From positions 1,533,562 through 1,597,561 of the forward strand of contig NW_015162476.1 of NCBI RefSeq assembly GCF_001447785.1: DNA of 64,000 bases, in the 5' to 3' direction. The notes under the pieces are model-generated. The model was not told where the DNA came from. It did no database searches and worked only from the letters and a program-made list of their open reading frames with translations. This document shows, piece after piece, positions 1 through 12,411 of this stretch. The first letter of the stretch is position 1. Each line of letters starts with the position of its first letter. A program made the position numbers and the translations under genes. Origin of the DNA: Gekko japonicus (taxonomy: Eukaryota).

Positions 1-1590
1 CGTTGCACCTGCACCCGTTTTTACAGCGAAGTCCTCATCCGTTCCAGAGGTAGCAGAGTCACTTGATTTGGATTCTTCTTTGGATTCTTCCTCCGATCCC
101 AACTGACGTCTCAAAAATTCCTTGGCTTTAAAAATTGAGTCAATCTTTTCTCCTTTATCATTGATTTTAAAGATGACACCCTCAGGGATCGCCCACCTAT
201 ACAAAATTCCATTGGTTTGAAGAAATTAAGTCCTTATAGTTTTTCCTCTTTTGGCGAATTTCAAATGAAATGTCTTTTAAAGTCTTAATGATTGTATTCC
301 CCAGTTTCAGTGGAGTTGCTGAAGTCGCTTTTAAAATAGCATCTCTGGTCTGTCTTCTTGAGAATCTGACCACAATTTCTCCAGGCAGGCTATTTTTTTA
401 TTGTAATTGGAGTAAGCCCTGTAGGCAGTCTCCATCTCTTTTTCTACTTCATCCGCTGTTGAGCCTATTGCTGAAGTGATAATCTCGCTGAGTAACTTCC
501 TCAGATCCCCCTTTTCCGATTCAGGAACTCCCTGGAATCTGAGAATCATATTGGCATGTAATTGGAGTAAGCCCTGTAGGCAGTCTCCATCTCTTTTTCT
601 ACTTCATCCGCTGTTGAGCCTATTGCTGAAGTGATAATCTCGCTGAGTAACTTCCTCAGATCCCCCTTTTCCGATTCAGGAACTCCCTGGAATCTGAGAA
701 TCATATTGGCTTTTTCCATTTGTAGCTGTAACAAATGGTTTTCTTGGAAATTTTGTTTTGTTTCAACTTCCCCCATTCTTTTCTTCATTTTCTTGTTTGT
801 GGTGTTTATCTCTTTAATTCTCTCAGCCACATGCTCCAACTTCTTCTCCGTTTCTGCCAGTTGGAGCTGCTGTGATGCGAAGTTTTGATTCATCGAAGTC
901 AGTTGCTGGTTAATACCATTGAGTTGCTCCATCACCAGTTTAAGCATATCTGCTAACATTTTCATTACGTCTGCTCCCTCTTCCGGTTTTGGGCTCTGAC
1001 TACCCACCAGTTTCGTTTTAAACTTCCTTTGCAAGGACGCCATTTTAAACAATTTACAATTCTAAACCGCTTCTCACGGGCTCGAAAAATCATCGCCTCA
1101 ATGTCAGCGCTCAAGTAAGTCTCTCAAAACAAAGTTGCTGCTTGTTTCCCCCCCTACCCCTTCATTACGCTTATCTGTCCTTTCGCATAAGAGGCTTCCC
1201 TCTTTGCGCTCCGCTTTTCCCACGGGGGGGAGAATAGTTCGCTTTTAAAATGTTCCATTTATTTTGAACTCACGTTCATTGTTGGTCATTCCTCTGACCT
1301 CACTCACAACATTCGATACTCCGCTCGATCTCCAGCGCTTGTCCCGGTCAAATCAGCTTGTACCCAAGGACCACTCAGTGGCAGGACCGTCAGGGCGGAG
1401 GGGAGCCTCAATTCTCCAGCATCGAACCATTGAAGAGGCTATCCCTTAAAAGCCCTCTTGTCTGGAGCCTATTGCTAAGGCTCCGTGGGGATACCAATTG
1501 AGGTAGCCCCCCTCCATACCGCTGGTGTGCTAATCGTTCCCCCAAGGTCCGGGGAGAGCGACTGCCATCACCAATCCACAAACCGGAAGA
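1..1590 (-). mobile_element. L1-clade LINE, 5' UTR plus disrupted ORF1; continues off the left edge of the window
   Basis: ORF 546-1052 has a coiled coil followed by ILRFQGVPE. Later frames give LPGEIVVRF...DISFEIRQKRK...YRWAIPEG, typical of the L1 ORF1p RRM/CTD. The 5' UTR is CpG-rich and begins CTTCCGGTT...GATGGC at ~1590. Confidence 0.85.
402..710. repeat. Tandem duplication (154 bp x2, period 155) inside L1 ORF1
   Basis: 402-555 equals 557-710, separated by one A. It introduces a frameshift and a stop codon. Confidence 0.95.
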
Positions 1591-1648
1591 GGTATGTTGG
1601 TCTTGAACTGCACTAGACCCTTGAATTATACCTGGAAATACATTGGGA

Positions 1649-1890
1649 TAGGGATGCCAGCCTCCAGGTGGGACCTGGTGATCCCCTAGAATTACAGATC
1701 ATCTCCAGACTACAGAGATCAGTTCCCCTGGAGCAAATGGATGCTTTGGAGGGTGAACTCTATGGCATTGTACTGCACTGAGGTTCATGTCCTCCCCAGG
1801 CTCCTTCCCCAAATCTCCAGGAGTTTCCCAACCTGGATCTGGTAACTTACCCCCCCCATCCCCTGCCAGTGGCCAGGGGGACCTAAAAAC
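1649..1890 (+). mobile_element. Non-autonomous DNA-transposon-like repeat (TAGGGATGCCA/TAGGGTTGCCA ends, hAT-like); related copies at ~32335-32492 (-) and ~39360-39522 (+)
   Basis: The shared core atctccagactacagagatcagttcccctggag.aaatgg.tgctttggagggtg occurs three times in the window. Confidence 0.65.
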
Positions 1891-1949
1891 TCTAAATTGG
1901 GGGCCAGTGTAGACTGACTGGAGTGACATGGTCCCTATGACCCACTCCA

Positions 1950-2512
1950 TTCAACATCCTGGCTGCAGCATTCTGGACCAATAGAGGTTTCTGAACACTT
2001 TTCAAGGGCAGCCCCATGCAGAGCACATTGCGGTAGTCTAATCTAGATGTAATGAGGGTATGCACCACAGTAGTCAGATCTTTTCTGTCCAGGAAAGGCC
2101 ACAGCGGGCTAACCAGTCAAAGCTGGTGAAAGACACTCCTAGCCACAGCTGCCTGGATCCAAGAACATCCTTAGACTATGAACTTGTTCCTTCATGGGGA
2201 ATGCAATCCCATTCAGAACGGGTGACACCTTAGATCCCAGGTCAGACTTTCCTCTCACCAGTAGCACTTTCATCTAGTCATAATTATGCTTTAGTTCATT
2301 AGCCTGCACCCACTCCAAAGCTGCCTTCAGCAATTGATTCAGAGATTCTACAGCCTCCCTGGTATTGGCTGGAAGCACAAGATAGAGTTGAGTTTCATTG
2401 GCATGCTGGTGACAGCCCAGCCCAATTCTCTGGATGAACTCACCCGGTAGTTTCATATAGATGTTAAACAGCATTGGAGACAAGATGGAGCCTTGCAAGA
2501 CCCCACAAGCCA
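1950..2512 (-). mobile_element. L2 LINE reverse-transcriptase fragment
   Basis: CGVLQGSILSPMLFNIYMK...CHQHANETQLY (a degenerate GVPQGS...YADDTQLY) and downstream TSRLDY...LVQNAAARML. Confidence 0.88.
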
Positions 2513-3329
2513 AAGATCATGTGGTGTTTGTATGATTGGACTAGGCTCTTAATGAAACAGAGCTGTTATATTTTCACTGGGTGGTATCTCAAACCAAGAT
2601 TTTTTTATCCCTCATTCAAATTCTTTCAGGATACAGCTGACTTTCTTTCTCCTTCCCCAGAAACCTTTATATTAATTACTTATAAAAAGTTTCTCAGAAT
2701 AGCCTGACTCCCTGGGGAGTTAATAACCAACATGAGAAAGCAATAAAAGCAAGAAAAATAAAATTGAAGAAATAGATAGTTATGTAACCTGGCAGCACAT
2801 TTCTGGGACATTAGTAGGAAAGAACCAAACACAGGGAAGGTGAAGTCTTAAATAAACTTGGGACAAAATGACATGCAACATTGGTGCTCTGGAACTCCTG
2901 ATATACAGTTTATTTTTTAATGTATTTATTTTATTTATTTAGATATGGACATCCTGCTTTTCTCCCCAATGGGGACTCAAAGTGGCCTGCAACAATACAG
3001 ATACAAAATACAAATCAACAAGTAAATAAAATGAATTACATCTTGGGCCAATCTGGGCCCTAAGAAATGGTCATGGGGGGTCTAGTATGGACTGTAGCCA
3101 TGGCTCAAAGGATGACGGGGATGAGCTCTTCTCCCATGTTGTTTCCCCCAAATGAAACTGGTAGGGGGGGAAGGTCAATATTGTGCCCGTACCATGTTTA
3201 AGCAGCCCGGGTGTGTGTGTTTTTGATCAAGCACAAGGAGAAAGAAATCCCCCATCCCCAGTGTTGCAATCCATACTGGGTCTCCCTAGATTGCTTTCTT
3301 AGGGCCATATTACACATGTAATCACACAC

Positions 3330-3750
3330 TGAGGGAATGCAGCCCGGTCTCACCAGCTCTTGGAAGATAAGCAGGGTCAGTACTTGAAAGAGAGACTACC
3401 AAGGAAGACTCTGTGGAGGAAGGCAATGGCACAGCCAGCATGGTGTAGTGGGTAAGACTGACTAGTATCTGGAAGAGCCAGGTTCTAATCCCCACTCGTG
3501 CCATGGAAACTTGCTGAGTGACCTTGGGCCAGTCACACCCTCTCAGCCTAATGCTCCCTCAAAGGGTTGTTGTGCAGATAAAATGAAGGACAGAAGAAGG
3601 ATGTAGGCTGCTCTCGGTCCCCATTGGGGGAAAAGTGGTGTATAAATGAATTTAGATCAATCAATCAATAAATCACCTCTGCTTCTCGCTTGTCTTGAAA
3701 GCCCCCTGCTGAGGTCACATAAGTCAGCTGTGACTTGAAGGCACAATCAC
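3330..3750 (+). mobile_element. 5S rRNA-headed SINE interrupted by a Squam3-type SINE (3431-3672)
   Basis: 5S-like gaagataagcagggtcagtacttg, then ggcaatggca|...|aatcacctctg split by a tRNA-head SINE (gccagcatggtgtagtgg...gtgaccttgggccagtca). Confidence 0.7.
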
Positions 3751-4767
3751 ACAGTCCCTGTGCCAGATGTGGATCAAGCCTAAAACAGTGTACTCTTCTT
3801 ACACTGTTCAAATGGTATATATGGAATAGCCTTTTAGGGGCAAAGATCTGTATTTTTACCTAGTAAAAGCAAATGGAATTCCAATGTAGAACACATTGCC
3901 TTATAACGTGATCAGAGGAGCTGTTTTATTTGTACGCACTTCTGATTTCAATTGCCCCTTATTTAACTCTGTTTGACAGGTCATACAGCTTGTGTCCCCC
4001 CCCCCCAAGATTTACAGATATTGATTCCCCTGTATGTGTGGGGGGGGCAGGGAGGTGGAAAACCCAAAAACATACTTGACATATTCTTCAACTGCTGTTG
4101 AGAATAACAAACAGGGAAAGACTCTGACAGTTCTCTTGATGTATTGCTTTTATGATTATGAGCCAGGGTAATTATTATGAGCCAGGGAAGAAGTTGCAGT
4201 CTATGACCCATTAAGATGAAACATGTCTGGCATTTCTGCAATAATATTGTAAACTTCTTATTAACTTTTTTTAAAAAAATATTTGTTTATTTGTGTGTAC
4301 ACATTTCATTGAGACACTCTGTCTGGGCTGGTTATTAATATTGAATTGCCTCTACACTGTATATAATCTGCTAATTATTTTTGTTGTGTCTTAACTGCAA
4401 TTTTAGCCAGTTGGAATATCTTCCTCAAATCACAACTCAATGGGGTAAATAAGACCTCTTCCAACACACTTCATCTCCACCCCAAGAACTCCTCTCCTTC
4501 CCTTATTTAGGATTGTCTTCAGGACCTAAGACCTTCATTCTTCTCATTGTTGGACAATATCTGTGAGCTTACCTGGATCCCTCTTCCTTTTTGCCAAGCC
4601 ATGAAAAAGGGATTTTTGTTTTCATTCAAACCCCAAATTCTATAACTGAAGCCAGAATCTAAAGCCAGAATCTGAATGTAGCTACAAAACTTGTCCTGTT
4701 CCTGGTGCACGTTATATGCCTCAGCCTCTTTGCTGGTCCTTCTCCTCAGTTTACCTTTTGCATCACT

Positions 4768-4898
4768 AGGTTGCAGTCACTCACACTAAATAATACACTT
4801 TTGATCCACTTTCTAACTGAGCTTTACTGCGTGAACTGGCGAAACCCAGTTTGAAAGTGCACTGGAAATGGATTATCTAGTGTGTGTGACCGCAACCT
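4768..4898. mobile_element. Short palindromic MITE (PIF/Harbinger-like); related copy at ~46195-46295
   Basis: Terminal inverted repeats aggttgcagtcactcacacta ... tagtgtgtgtgaccgcaacct. Confidence 0.65.
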
Positions 4899-5021
4899 CA
4901 TTCTCTATGACCTTGCACATGGTATACACTTAGTAGTTTGAAAGTGCACTGAAAATGGATTATCTAGTGTATGTGACCGCAACCTCATTCTCTATAACCT
5001 TGCACATGGTATACACTTAGT
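4848..5021. repeat. 87-bp tandem duplication covering the MITE right end and its flank
   Basis: 4848-4934 and 4935-5021 are near-identical. Confidence 0.92.
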
Positions 5022-5031
5022 TAGTGGCCTT

Positions 5032-5155
5032 TTCATGCATCTAACAAAGTGGGCTGTAGTCCATGAAAGCTTCTGCTGGAATAAAAATGTATTAGTTTGT
5101 AAGGGTTTACAAGACTCATGTCTACTTTTGCTTCAACAGACTGATATGGCTACTT
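5032..5155 (+). mobile_element. Penelope-like element (PLE) terminal fragment; another at ~19675-19777
   Basis: gcatctaacaaagtgggctgtagtccatgaaagctt..ggaataaa..ttagt..taagg..acaagactc, the typical reptile PLE end with a degenerate hammerhead core. Confidence 0.7.
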
Positions 5156-6134
5156 TGGGATTTTGTTCAGGTTATTTCCAGTCTAAAGAGGAGACATGGG
5201 GTATAATAACTGGCATGTCAGTAGCATTAGGTGGTCAAGATGCCAGCAGTGGATACAAGAGGCCACCTAAAAGTTAGTTGCAGAAGTAGGTTCCTTTGCC
5301 ATTTATGACATACCATGTAAAGAATTAAAACTTTCTGTTTCATAATAGAGAAATTTCTGATTTTAAAAATGTTGGTGTCCATTAGTATTATTTCAGATGT
5401 GATCTTACTCAAGATTTCACCTACCAGACCTGCCCACCTCACCCCAACCCCAGCTCACAATGAATTTGACACTGTAAGACATAGAGTGTTTTCCAGCAGG
5501 AGAGCAGTACCTGCAAAACACTGGTATGTAAGAACAGAGTGGCCTGTTTGTTAACTGAATGGGAAAGGTGTGGTGTTCTGTGCTGGATTTGTTTGTCCCA
5601 GCAGGAGACTTACCTCACAGGAAACCTTCAAGGTTATCTATTTAATGTATGAGCTAAAGGCCTAGACTCACATATGGGCAAATGTAATTAAAGCCGATAT
5701 TCATAAAAGTGTATAAATTTAGATCCCTGAAATTTAAGCCAAAGCAGTGGGTGGTGATTTGTTCTACCATTTTCCTTTCACTACATCTTCTAGCTAATAG
5801 CAAACTAGGGGATTGTGCCACTATTCTGAAATATAATAAAAACTAGAAGCCGCAGTTACCATTTCCTTATCTGTTCATTTAAACACCAGTTAGATCTGAA
5901 AAGGAAAAACATCAAGTAAGATGACCATGACATCCTGAATTATATTTTTAAAAATCTTGCATGTGCGTAAAATCACATTTTGTGTGTGTGTGGAAATCAG
6001 TATGGAAACTAGCCCATTCATATTTACTTGCAGCCTAACAAACTACCTGAGTTAAAGAACTTTTTAAAAAATACACAAGTACAATAGAATAAGATACAGG
6101 AAAAAGAACTAAGAGCTGATGCTCTACATTCCAT

Positions 6135-6452
6135 AAGAAGAAGAAGAGATTTGATTTATACCCCACCCTTCACTACCCGGAGGAGTCTCAGGGTGGCTTA
6201 CAATCTCCTTTCCCTTCCCCTCCCCACAACAGACACACTGTGAGGTAGGTGGGGCTGAGAGATTTCTGACAGAAACTGCTCTTTTTCAAGAACAGCTCTT
6301 ATCAGAGCTATGGCTTGCCCAAGGTCATCCAGCCAGGTGCAAGTGGAGGAGGGGGGAATCAAACCCGGTTCTCCCAGATTAGAGTCCGCACACTTAACCA
6401 AACTGGCTCCAGATTAGAATCCGCGCACTGTGTAACTTAACCACTACACCAT
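6135..6452 (-). mobile_element. Squam3-type tRNA-derived SINE with an L2-like tail; head partly duplicated
   Basis: Reverse complement contains tggtgtagtggttaag, ctctaatctgggagaaccgggtttgattccc and gaccttgggc, with a (ctt)n tail. Confidence 0.8.
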
Positions 6453-7299
6453 AAGGCTTACAGACCACACATTCCCTCTCCTAGCTGCTCTTGTCTAATG
6501 TACAAATTCCACCTACCTTGGCACTGACTTGATTCTTTTGATTATCTAAATTGGCCCACAAGTAGGTGATTGAGTGGAGTGAGGCTATGTATCCTTGATT
6601 CTTCTGACTGTAAATCAACCTACTGCAAGCAGAATAAGTGCCGCTGTACATGGTGCTGTACACTTCCTTGCTATATGCTCTTGGGGCTGTAGTGCTCTAG
6701 GGCATGGAAACATCAGTTCCTCTTGATTCCTCCCTGTGATGCAACTGTCCAAAGCACGGAACCTCTGCCCACAAGAAAAAATAGCAGCCTACTTCTGCAG
6801 AGTTATGGCAGCTACAATTGCATCTGTGAATCGATGCATACAAACGTTTCTTTCTCTTATGGTCCAGAAGTGTTTCAACTCACCATGCCCAAGAATTGTA
6901 CAGGAAACAGGAGACTGAGGGCTCTATTGTACTGCTTGATAGCATGGTTTGAAACTTAAATAGCAGCAAGAGCAGTTCCACTAGGGCTAGGAATGCTAAA
7001 TCTCAGGCTTTGGCCCTGAGACTCAGCTTGGGAGCTCATCATCAGGGTGGTGAAATGAAATCTCTAGGCTGACAGCAAGTGAACACACTTAATAGTTTTT
7101 CCTTTCAAGGCATGTCTGCTTATGGTAACCACTGCACATGGGAATTAGAGATGGGAACAACGATTTGGTACCAACAACTCAAACCACATTTTACATTTGG
7201 CACATAGTTCATTTCCATGTTTTTAAAAATTTCTCTGTGTGTCCATTTCTGCAAAGCCACATGATTGTGACTATGCAGATTCACAGATGCCATATAACA

Positions 7300-7750
7300 A
7301 AGGCCTTTCTGAGCCTGCAAGCACCTTTGGGATTCTGAGGCAGGGTGGTGGGTGCAACCACAAAATGGCTGCCACAGGATGTAGAACCAACCACAAAATG
7401 GCTGCCACAAAAGGCAGAGCCAACCGCAAAATGTCAGGGGGTGAGGTTATCCATAACTCTTCAAATAGTAACTCTTCAAAGTTTCAGACAGAAGCCCTGC
7501 TTAACAGGATGCCTTTTAAAATGGACATATTGTTTTAAAGCCTTTTCTTGCATACACACAGCTTACTTTCCGTCACACGCTGAAGATCCTTGTGCTATGG
7601 TGGCAGCTCCTGCTGAAGCAATTTTGTTTTTAAAAAATCTGCATGGCTGATCAGATCTCAAGTGGCCGGCCGCAAGCCCTGCTGGGCAAAGTCCCACCTG
7701 GCCCTGCCACACTTGGCATGCCCAGGAAAGGTGACAGCAGGCAGGCACTC
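7300..7750 (+). mobile_element. Partial hAT-type MITE with internal accacaaaatggctgcc repeats (same family as 21175-22430)
   Basis: Shares sequence blocks with 21175-21280 and 21995-22140. Confidence 0.65.
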
Positions 7751-7948
7751 GTGGCACTCATGGCTACCATGCTGGGGACCCCTGCCATGTGATAGGATTC
7801 CAAGTAGCATGTGGAATATCATTCAAAGTGATACTTTTTGTGAATCACCAGGCCGTCGCCCTGTGACATCACCAGGCTCTGTACCATGAGGATTTAGAAT
7901 GCTGTGGGCCTGGCAGCACTAACTAGGCCAACATCTAATAGGAGCCAG

Positions 7949-8661
7949 TGTAAGGTTCATAGTGCTGCTATACACAGAGAATGTGGTCAAGGGTGTTAGA
8001 TCGCACTAACAAAGGACTCTTAGAGTGATTCAGCAAGTGATTCAGCTTTATTGGAAGTAACGAACAAGCACTCAACTTAGTAAGAAACCAGAACAGAAAA
8101 CAGTGGGAGCTTATGCTCCTTTTAAACATAACCGGGCTAATGTAGCCACGCCTATTTACAAATAACAACCAATACTAACTCAGCTTGGAGGGAACATTGG
8201 TTAAGGGAACATTAATGTAGCTATTGACTGCTAAAAAAGGTAAAGGTAATGGTTCCCTTGCTCGAAAGCCAGTCGAATCCGACTCTAGGGTTGCGGTGCT
8301 CATCTCCGTTTCAAAGCCGAAGAGCCAGCACTGTCCAAAGATGTTTCCGTGGTCATGTGGCCGGCATGACTAAACACCAAGGCGCATGGAACGCTGTTAC
8401 CTTCCCACCAAAGTGGTACCTATTTATCTACTTGCAATTTCTTGCTTTCGAACTGCTAGGTTGGCAGGAGCTGGAGCTAGAGATGGGAGCTCACTCCATC
8501 ATGCGGCACCCGGGTCTCGAACTGCTAAACTACTGACCTTCCACAGCCTGCAGTTCAGCGTCTTAACCACTTGAGCCACCGCAGCTCCATCTACATCACA
8601 TACATGACTGCTACATCACAGCATATGATTCCTCACCATCAATACTTGTCCATTCCTTACA
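7949..8661 (-). mobile_element. Solo LTR (~330 bp without the insert) carrying a nested Sauria SINE
   Basis: TGTAAGG...CCTTACA ends and a minus-strand AATAAA. Shares ttca.caagtgat.tcagctttatt with the LTR at 30872. TSD not preserved. Confidence 0.6.
8234..8604 (-). mobile_element. Sauria (Squam1) SINE
   Basis: Full body with (ACCTTT)n tail and core ccaacctagcagttcgaaa...gtagataaataggtacc. TSD tgactgcta at 8225-8233 and 8605-8613. Confidence 0.9.
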
Positions 8662-9817
8662 TTCTGTTAGGGCATCTGTGCTTCTAGCAAGGAACATGAT
8701 AGGCAGAAAGAAACTGACCAGGTGAAATTTTCCAGTGCAGTAAAAAAGAACTTAGCACACCTGTTTATAATCACTACATGTTATAAGCCTGCCTGATGAA
8801 ATCTAATTGTGTCCCCTTTGATAGGGAAAGGACAGGTCTTCCCCTAAGTCTCCTTGCGTGGCACCAAAGAGCCATTTAAACCCATATGAGCCCTGGAGAT
8901 TGGCCCAAAAGCTGTAATGAAGTGGTGGTGTGGACAGCAGATGGTGTGTTCTTGGGAAAGGAACAGAGCCACCAAGCCCTGCCCTGCACATCAGACAAAG
9001 GTAGGTGCCCCAACTGAAGCGCATCCTAGACTACACCAATCAATTTGGCAGGTTTTATACATCAGGATGACTTGGAAAAAAATCTCCAAATCAGGCTTGT
9101 ACACAACTGATGCTTAGCTCAGCTGACGGTTGAAAGCAAAGAAATGTATGTGTGTGTACGTGTTAAAATACATTTAAAAATACATTTTAAACACATTTTT
9201 AAAATACATCTGTTTAAAAAAAAAGAGAAAGAAAGCATAACCTCAATGCTCATCAACGGCTCTATTTTTCCAATTTTATGGGTGACATTCTGGCCTGACA
9301 AAGAAAAGTTATTTTGACATTTTGCTCTAAAAGGTGACATTCGCTCCCACTATGGTTGACTGGCAGTGGCGTGATCAAAATCTGCAGCCATATTCCCTCA
9401 GGAAGCCAGTGCAGCATACAGCTCCAGCGCAGTCCTTTCTGCTATCAGACCTCCAATTATTTCTTCCTTAGGATGTGGTGAAGGGATATCTGTTCAATCC
9501 CCCCCAATGGAAAACTCTGACAGAACATGGCAGAGTGAAACTTTTAATATCATGGTTGTGAAATGTTTGATAGATAGAAAATAGATAGATATTGGATTAA
9601 AATTATTTAAAGAATGTAATTTTATAGTTCTTGGGAATTAAGCTGTCAGATATTTGACAAAGTTAACATACCTGGATAACCCAGGCTAGCTTGATTTCAT
9701 TGGTTCTCAGAAGCTACACAAGATTAGGCTAACAATGTATATTATAAAAGTTCAAATATTTATTAGGGTGTACACATGTTAAAACATATACTGATACCAA
9801 TCTTTATCTAAGTATCA

Positions 9818-10199
9818 NNNNNNNNNNNNNNNNNNNNNNNNNNNNNNNNNNNNNNNNNNNNNNNNNNNNNNNNNNNNNNNNNNNNNNNNNNNNNNNNNNN
9901 NNNNNNNNNNNNNNNNNNNNNNNNNNNNNNNNNNNNNNNNNNNNNNNNNNNNNNNNNNNNNNNNNNNNNNNNNNNNNNNNNNNNNNNNNNNNNNNNNNNN
10001 NNNNNNNNNNNNNNNNNNNNNNNNNNNNNNNNNNNNNNNNNNNNNNNNNNNNNNNNNNNNNNNNNNNNNNNNNNNNNNNNNNNNNNNNNNNNNNNNNNNN
10101 NNNNNNNNNNNNNNNNNNNNNNNNNNNNNNNNNNNNNNNNNNNNNNNNNNNNNNNNNNNNNNNNNNNNNNNNNNNNNNNNNNNNNNNNNNNNNNNNNNN
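9818..10199. other. Assembly gap (other gaps: 48626-48811, 49516-49540, 56083-56123)
   Basis: Runs of N. Confidence 1.
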
Positions 10200-10902
10200 T
10201 TTTTGTAATAAATCCAATTGTATAATAAATTTAACCCAAATTAAAATAATTGAATTGGTCAACAAACCTGGTAACAGAGATTTCATAGGTCTGAATGTGT
10301 AAAGATTCTGTTACAAGCTGCCAGCTCTCTTTTGAATTTTTCTGGTTGTGGGATGTTCCTGGCCATAGCCAGTAGTTGTTACATACGTGAGAGAATGAAC
10401 AGAATGACAGAACCTCAGGGAGGCCATATATGACTTAGTCAAGAATGCCACAGCCCTCTGTTTGCAAGACTTGAGCAAGGCTGTTAATGATAGAATGTTT
10501 TGAAAGTCATTGTTTCATGGGGTCATCATAAGTCGGAAGCGACTTGACAGCATTTAGCATACACAGCTTGAACTGAGCAAAAACTGAAGGATCAGCCACA
10601 TGACATTGGCTCCAATCGGGTTGCAACTGGCAAGGGATGGGAGGGAACTTACTGGAAGTGGGAGGGAGGCCCAGCTGATGTGGCAACAATGTGTCTACAT
10701 CAGTTCCAAACTTCCAACGTGACCTGGAAGTGATGTCATCACACAGCAAAGTTGGGGCAATGCTCTGGTATTTGGGCAAAACTGTATGGTAAATTTTGCT
10801 TCTACTGTAGAGTTTTGGCCCAAATACCAGAGGGTCACCCTGACATCGCCAAAGTGATGACATCCCTTCCACATCATGTCGGAAGTGACATAGACATGTC
10901 GC

Positions 10903-11000
10903 CAGGGGTCATTTCGTAGAAAAAGAGCTAGGGGGAGTCATTAGCATAACTCATTAGCATATGCCACACCCCCTGACATCACCGGAAGTGTGTCCTCCCC
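10903..11000 (+). mobile_element. Left end of a hAT MITE (same family as 30035-30501), embedded in an older gtgatgtcacttcc-rich repeat
   Basis: CAGGGGTCATTT.GTAGAAAAAGAGCTAGGGG...cattagcataactcattagcatatgccacac is shared with 30035. Confidence 0.75.
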
Positions 11001-12411
11001 ACAGCCGGCGGCAAGCTCCAGCGGGCACCAGCAGGGAGCTCCAGGCCCCGCCCTCCCGCACCTCACCTGGGGGGATGGCGTCCCCCCACGTCCTGGTACG
11101 TGCCAGAGGTAACGTCACCATGTTGAGGGCAACGTAGCCTGAGCTTCCCTCCTGCTTCTGGTAAGCCCCTCCACTAGCCAGCTGATCAGCAGTGAAGTGG
11201 TGGGGTCTGGTTGCAGGGGACCCTCGCCTCCACTGGGGGGTCTGGCAACCCTATATTCCACCCACTGATTTGCTAGATGAGTCACAAGGGAAGGCTTCTT
11301 TCACCTGCTCTCTGAACAACAACTGAAATCTCAGCAACATGTTCCGTTTCCCCCATATTTATTTTAAATGACTTTCCCACCCCCCTCTGTATTTTCCCCA
11401 GAGGAGTAAAAGCAGCTCAGGTGTGACATTTTTGGTGACAAAACAGCAGAGGAAGAAATGTGTGTGTGTGTTTTTTTTAATAAACATGAAAAAATAGAAC
11501 ATGCAGCCGAACCTGAGACTTTGGCAATTCTGCACTTCCACATCTCAAGTGGATCCCAGATGGTTCGAAAGGGGGGAGCTATGGAAGAAGCATAAATAAC
11601 AATGTTTTCTAATGCCTCTTGAGAAAAGGTTAACAAGGCCTTTGCCTGTGTCTCAGAGCAAGCAGCTGAGGTACATTATAAAGGCAGGAGCCTTTTAAGA
11701 TTCTCACCTCCAGCTTCCTAGCTTCCCTGTGACGTCCCAGCTGTGTTCTTGGCAGTTTCTTTCAAACATCTTACATTTGAATTTACTTTTAAAAAAAAAA
11801 AAAGCTCCCTGCCCTTCCCTTCCCTTCCCTTATGGTCTTTGAAAGCAATCAGCTGCTCCTGCCTCAGCACACCTTCAGTCTCTCAACACTTGGGCAGCAG
11901 GTGACACTTTGGCAAATGCAGGAAAGCCATTATATCACACTTGAGAGATGTGTTTCCTGTGGGAAATGAGAAAGCTTTCTCACAGCTTCATAGCTCCTCG
12001 GCCTTTAACACAGGGCCAGGCCTTGTTTTGTGGTGAGTAAAGGCAACGCACAAGGGGAAAAAACAGCAGTTAGCATAGAGGCTGTAACTAAGTTCATTCA
12101 TGATCCTACTCTGAATAAATTTCACTACTTGTTGACCATCCGAGTGCTATCTTGCCTCGTGTAAGAGTAAAAAGGCTAGTTGCAGGCATAAACTGGGGGG
12201 GGGGGTGTAGCTCCTGCTGTGGTAATGAAAGTAGCAAAACCAGGTCACCCACAGACAAAGCAGAGCTCTGTATACTCTTGGAGGCTCCCCAGGTATGCAT
12301 AAAAATGTGTCTTGGGACGTGAACCAAAAGAGGATATAGTGGGGTTGGGGACTAGCCTGCTGAGGACTAAATATGTTCCAGAACAGAATCAATTAAAGAG
12401 AAAAGGGGGGT

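Noticed and set aside
7355-7432. CRISPR-like short repeats (accacaaaatggctgcc; also 13650-13722 and 63917-63991)
   Set aside because: Eukaryotic context, only 2-3 units, no unique spacers and no cas genes. These are MITE-internal or slippage repeats.
9804-10286. 160-aa ORF
   Set aside because: Almost entirely an N gap.
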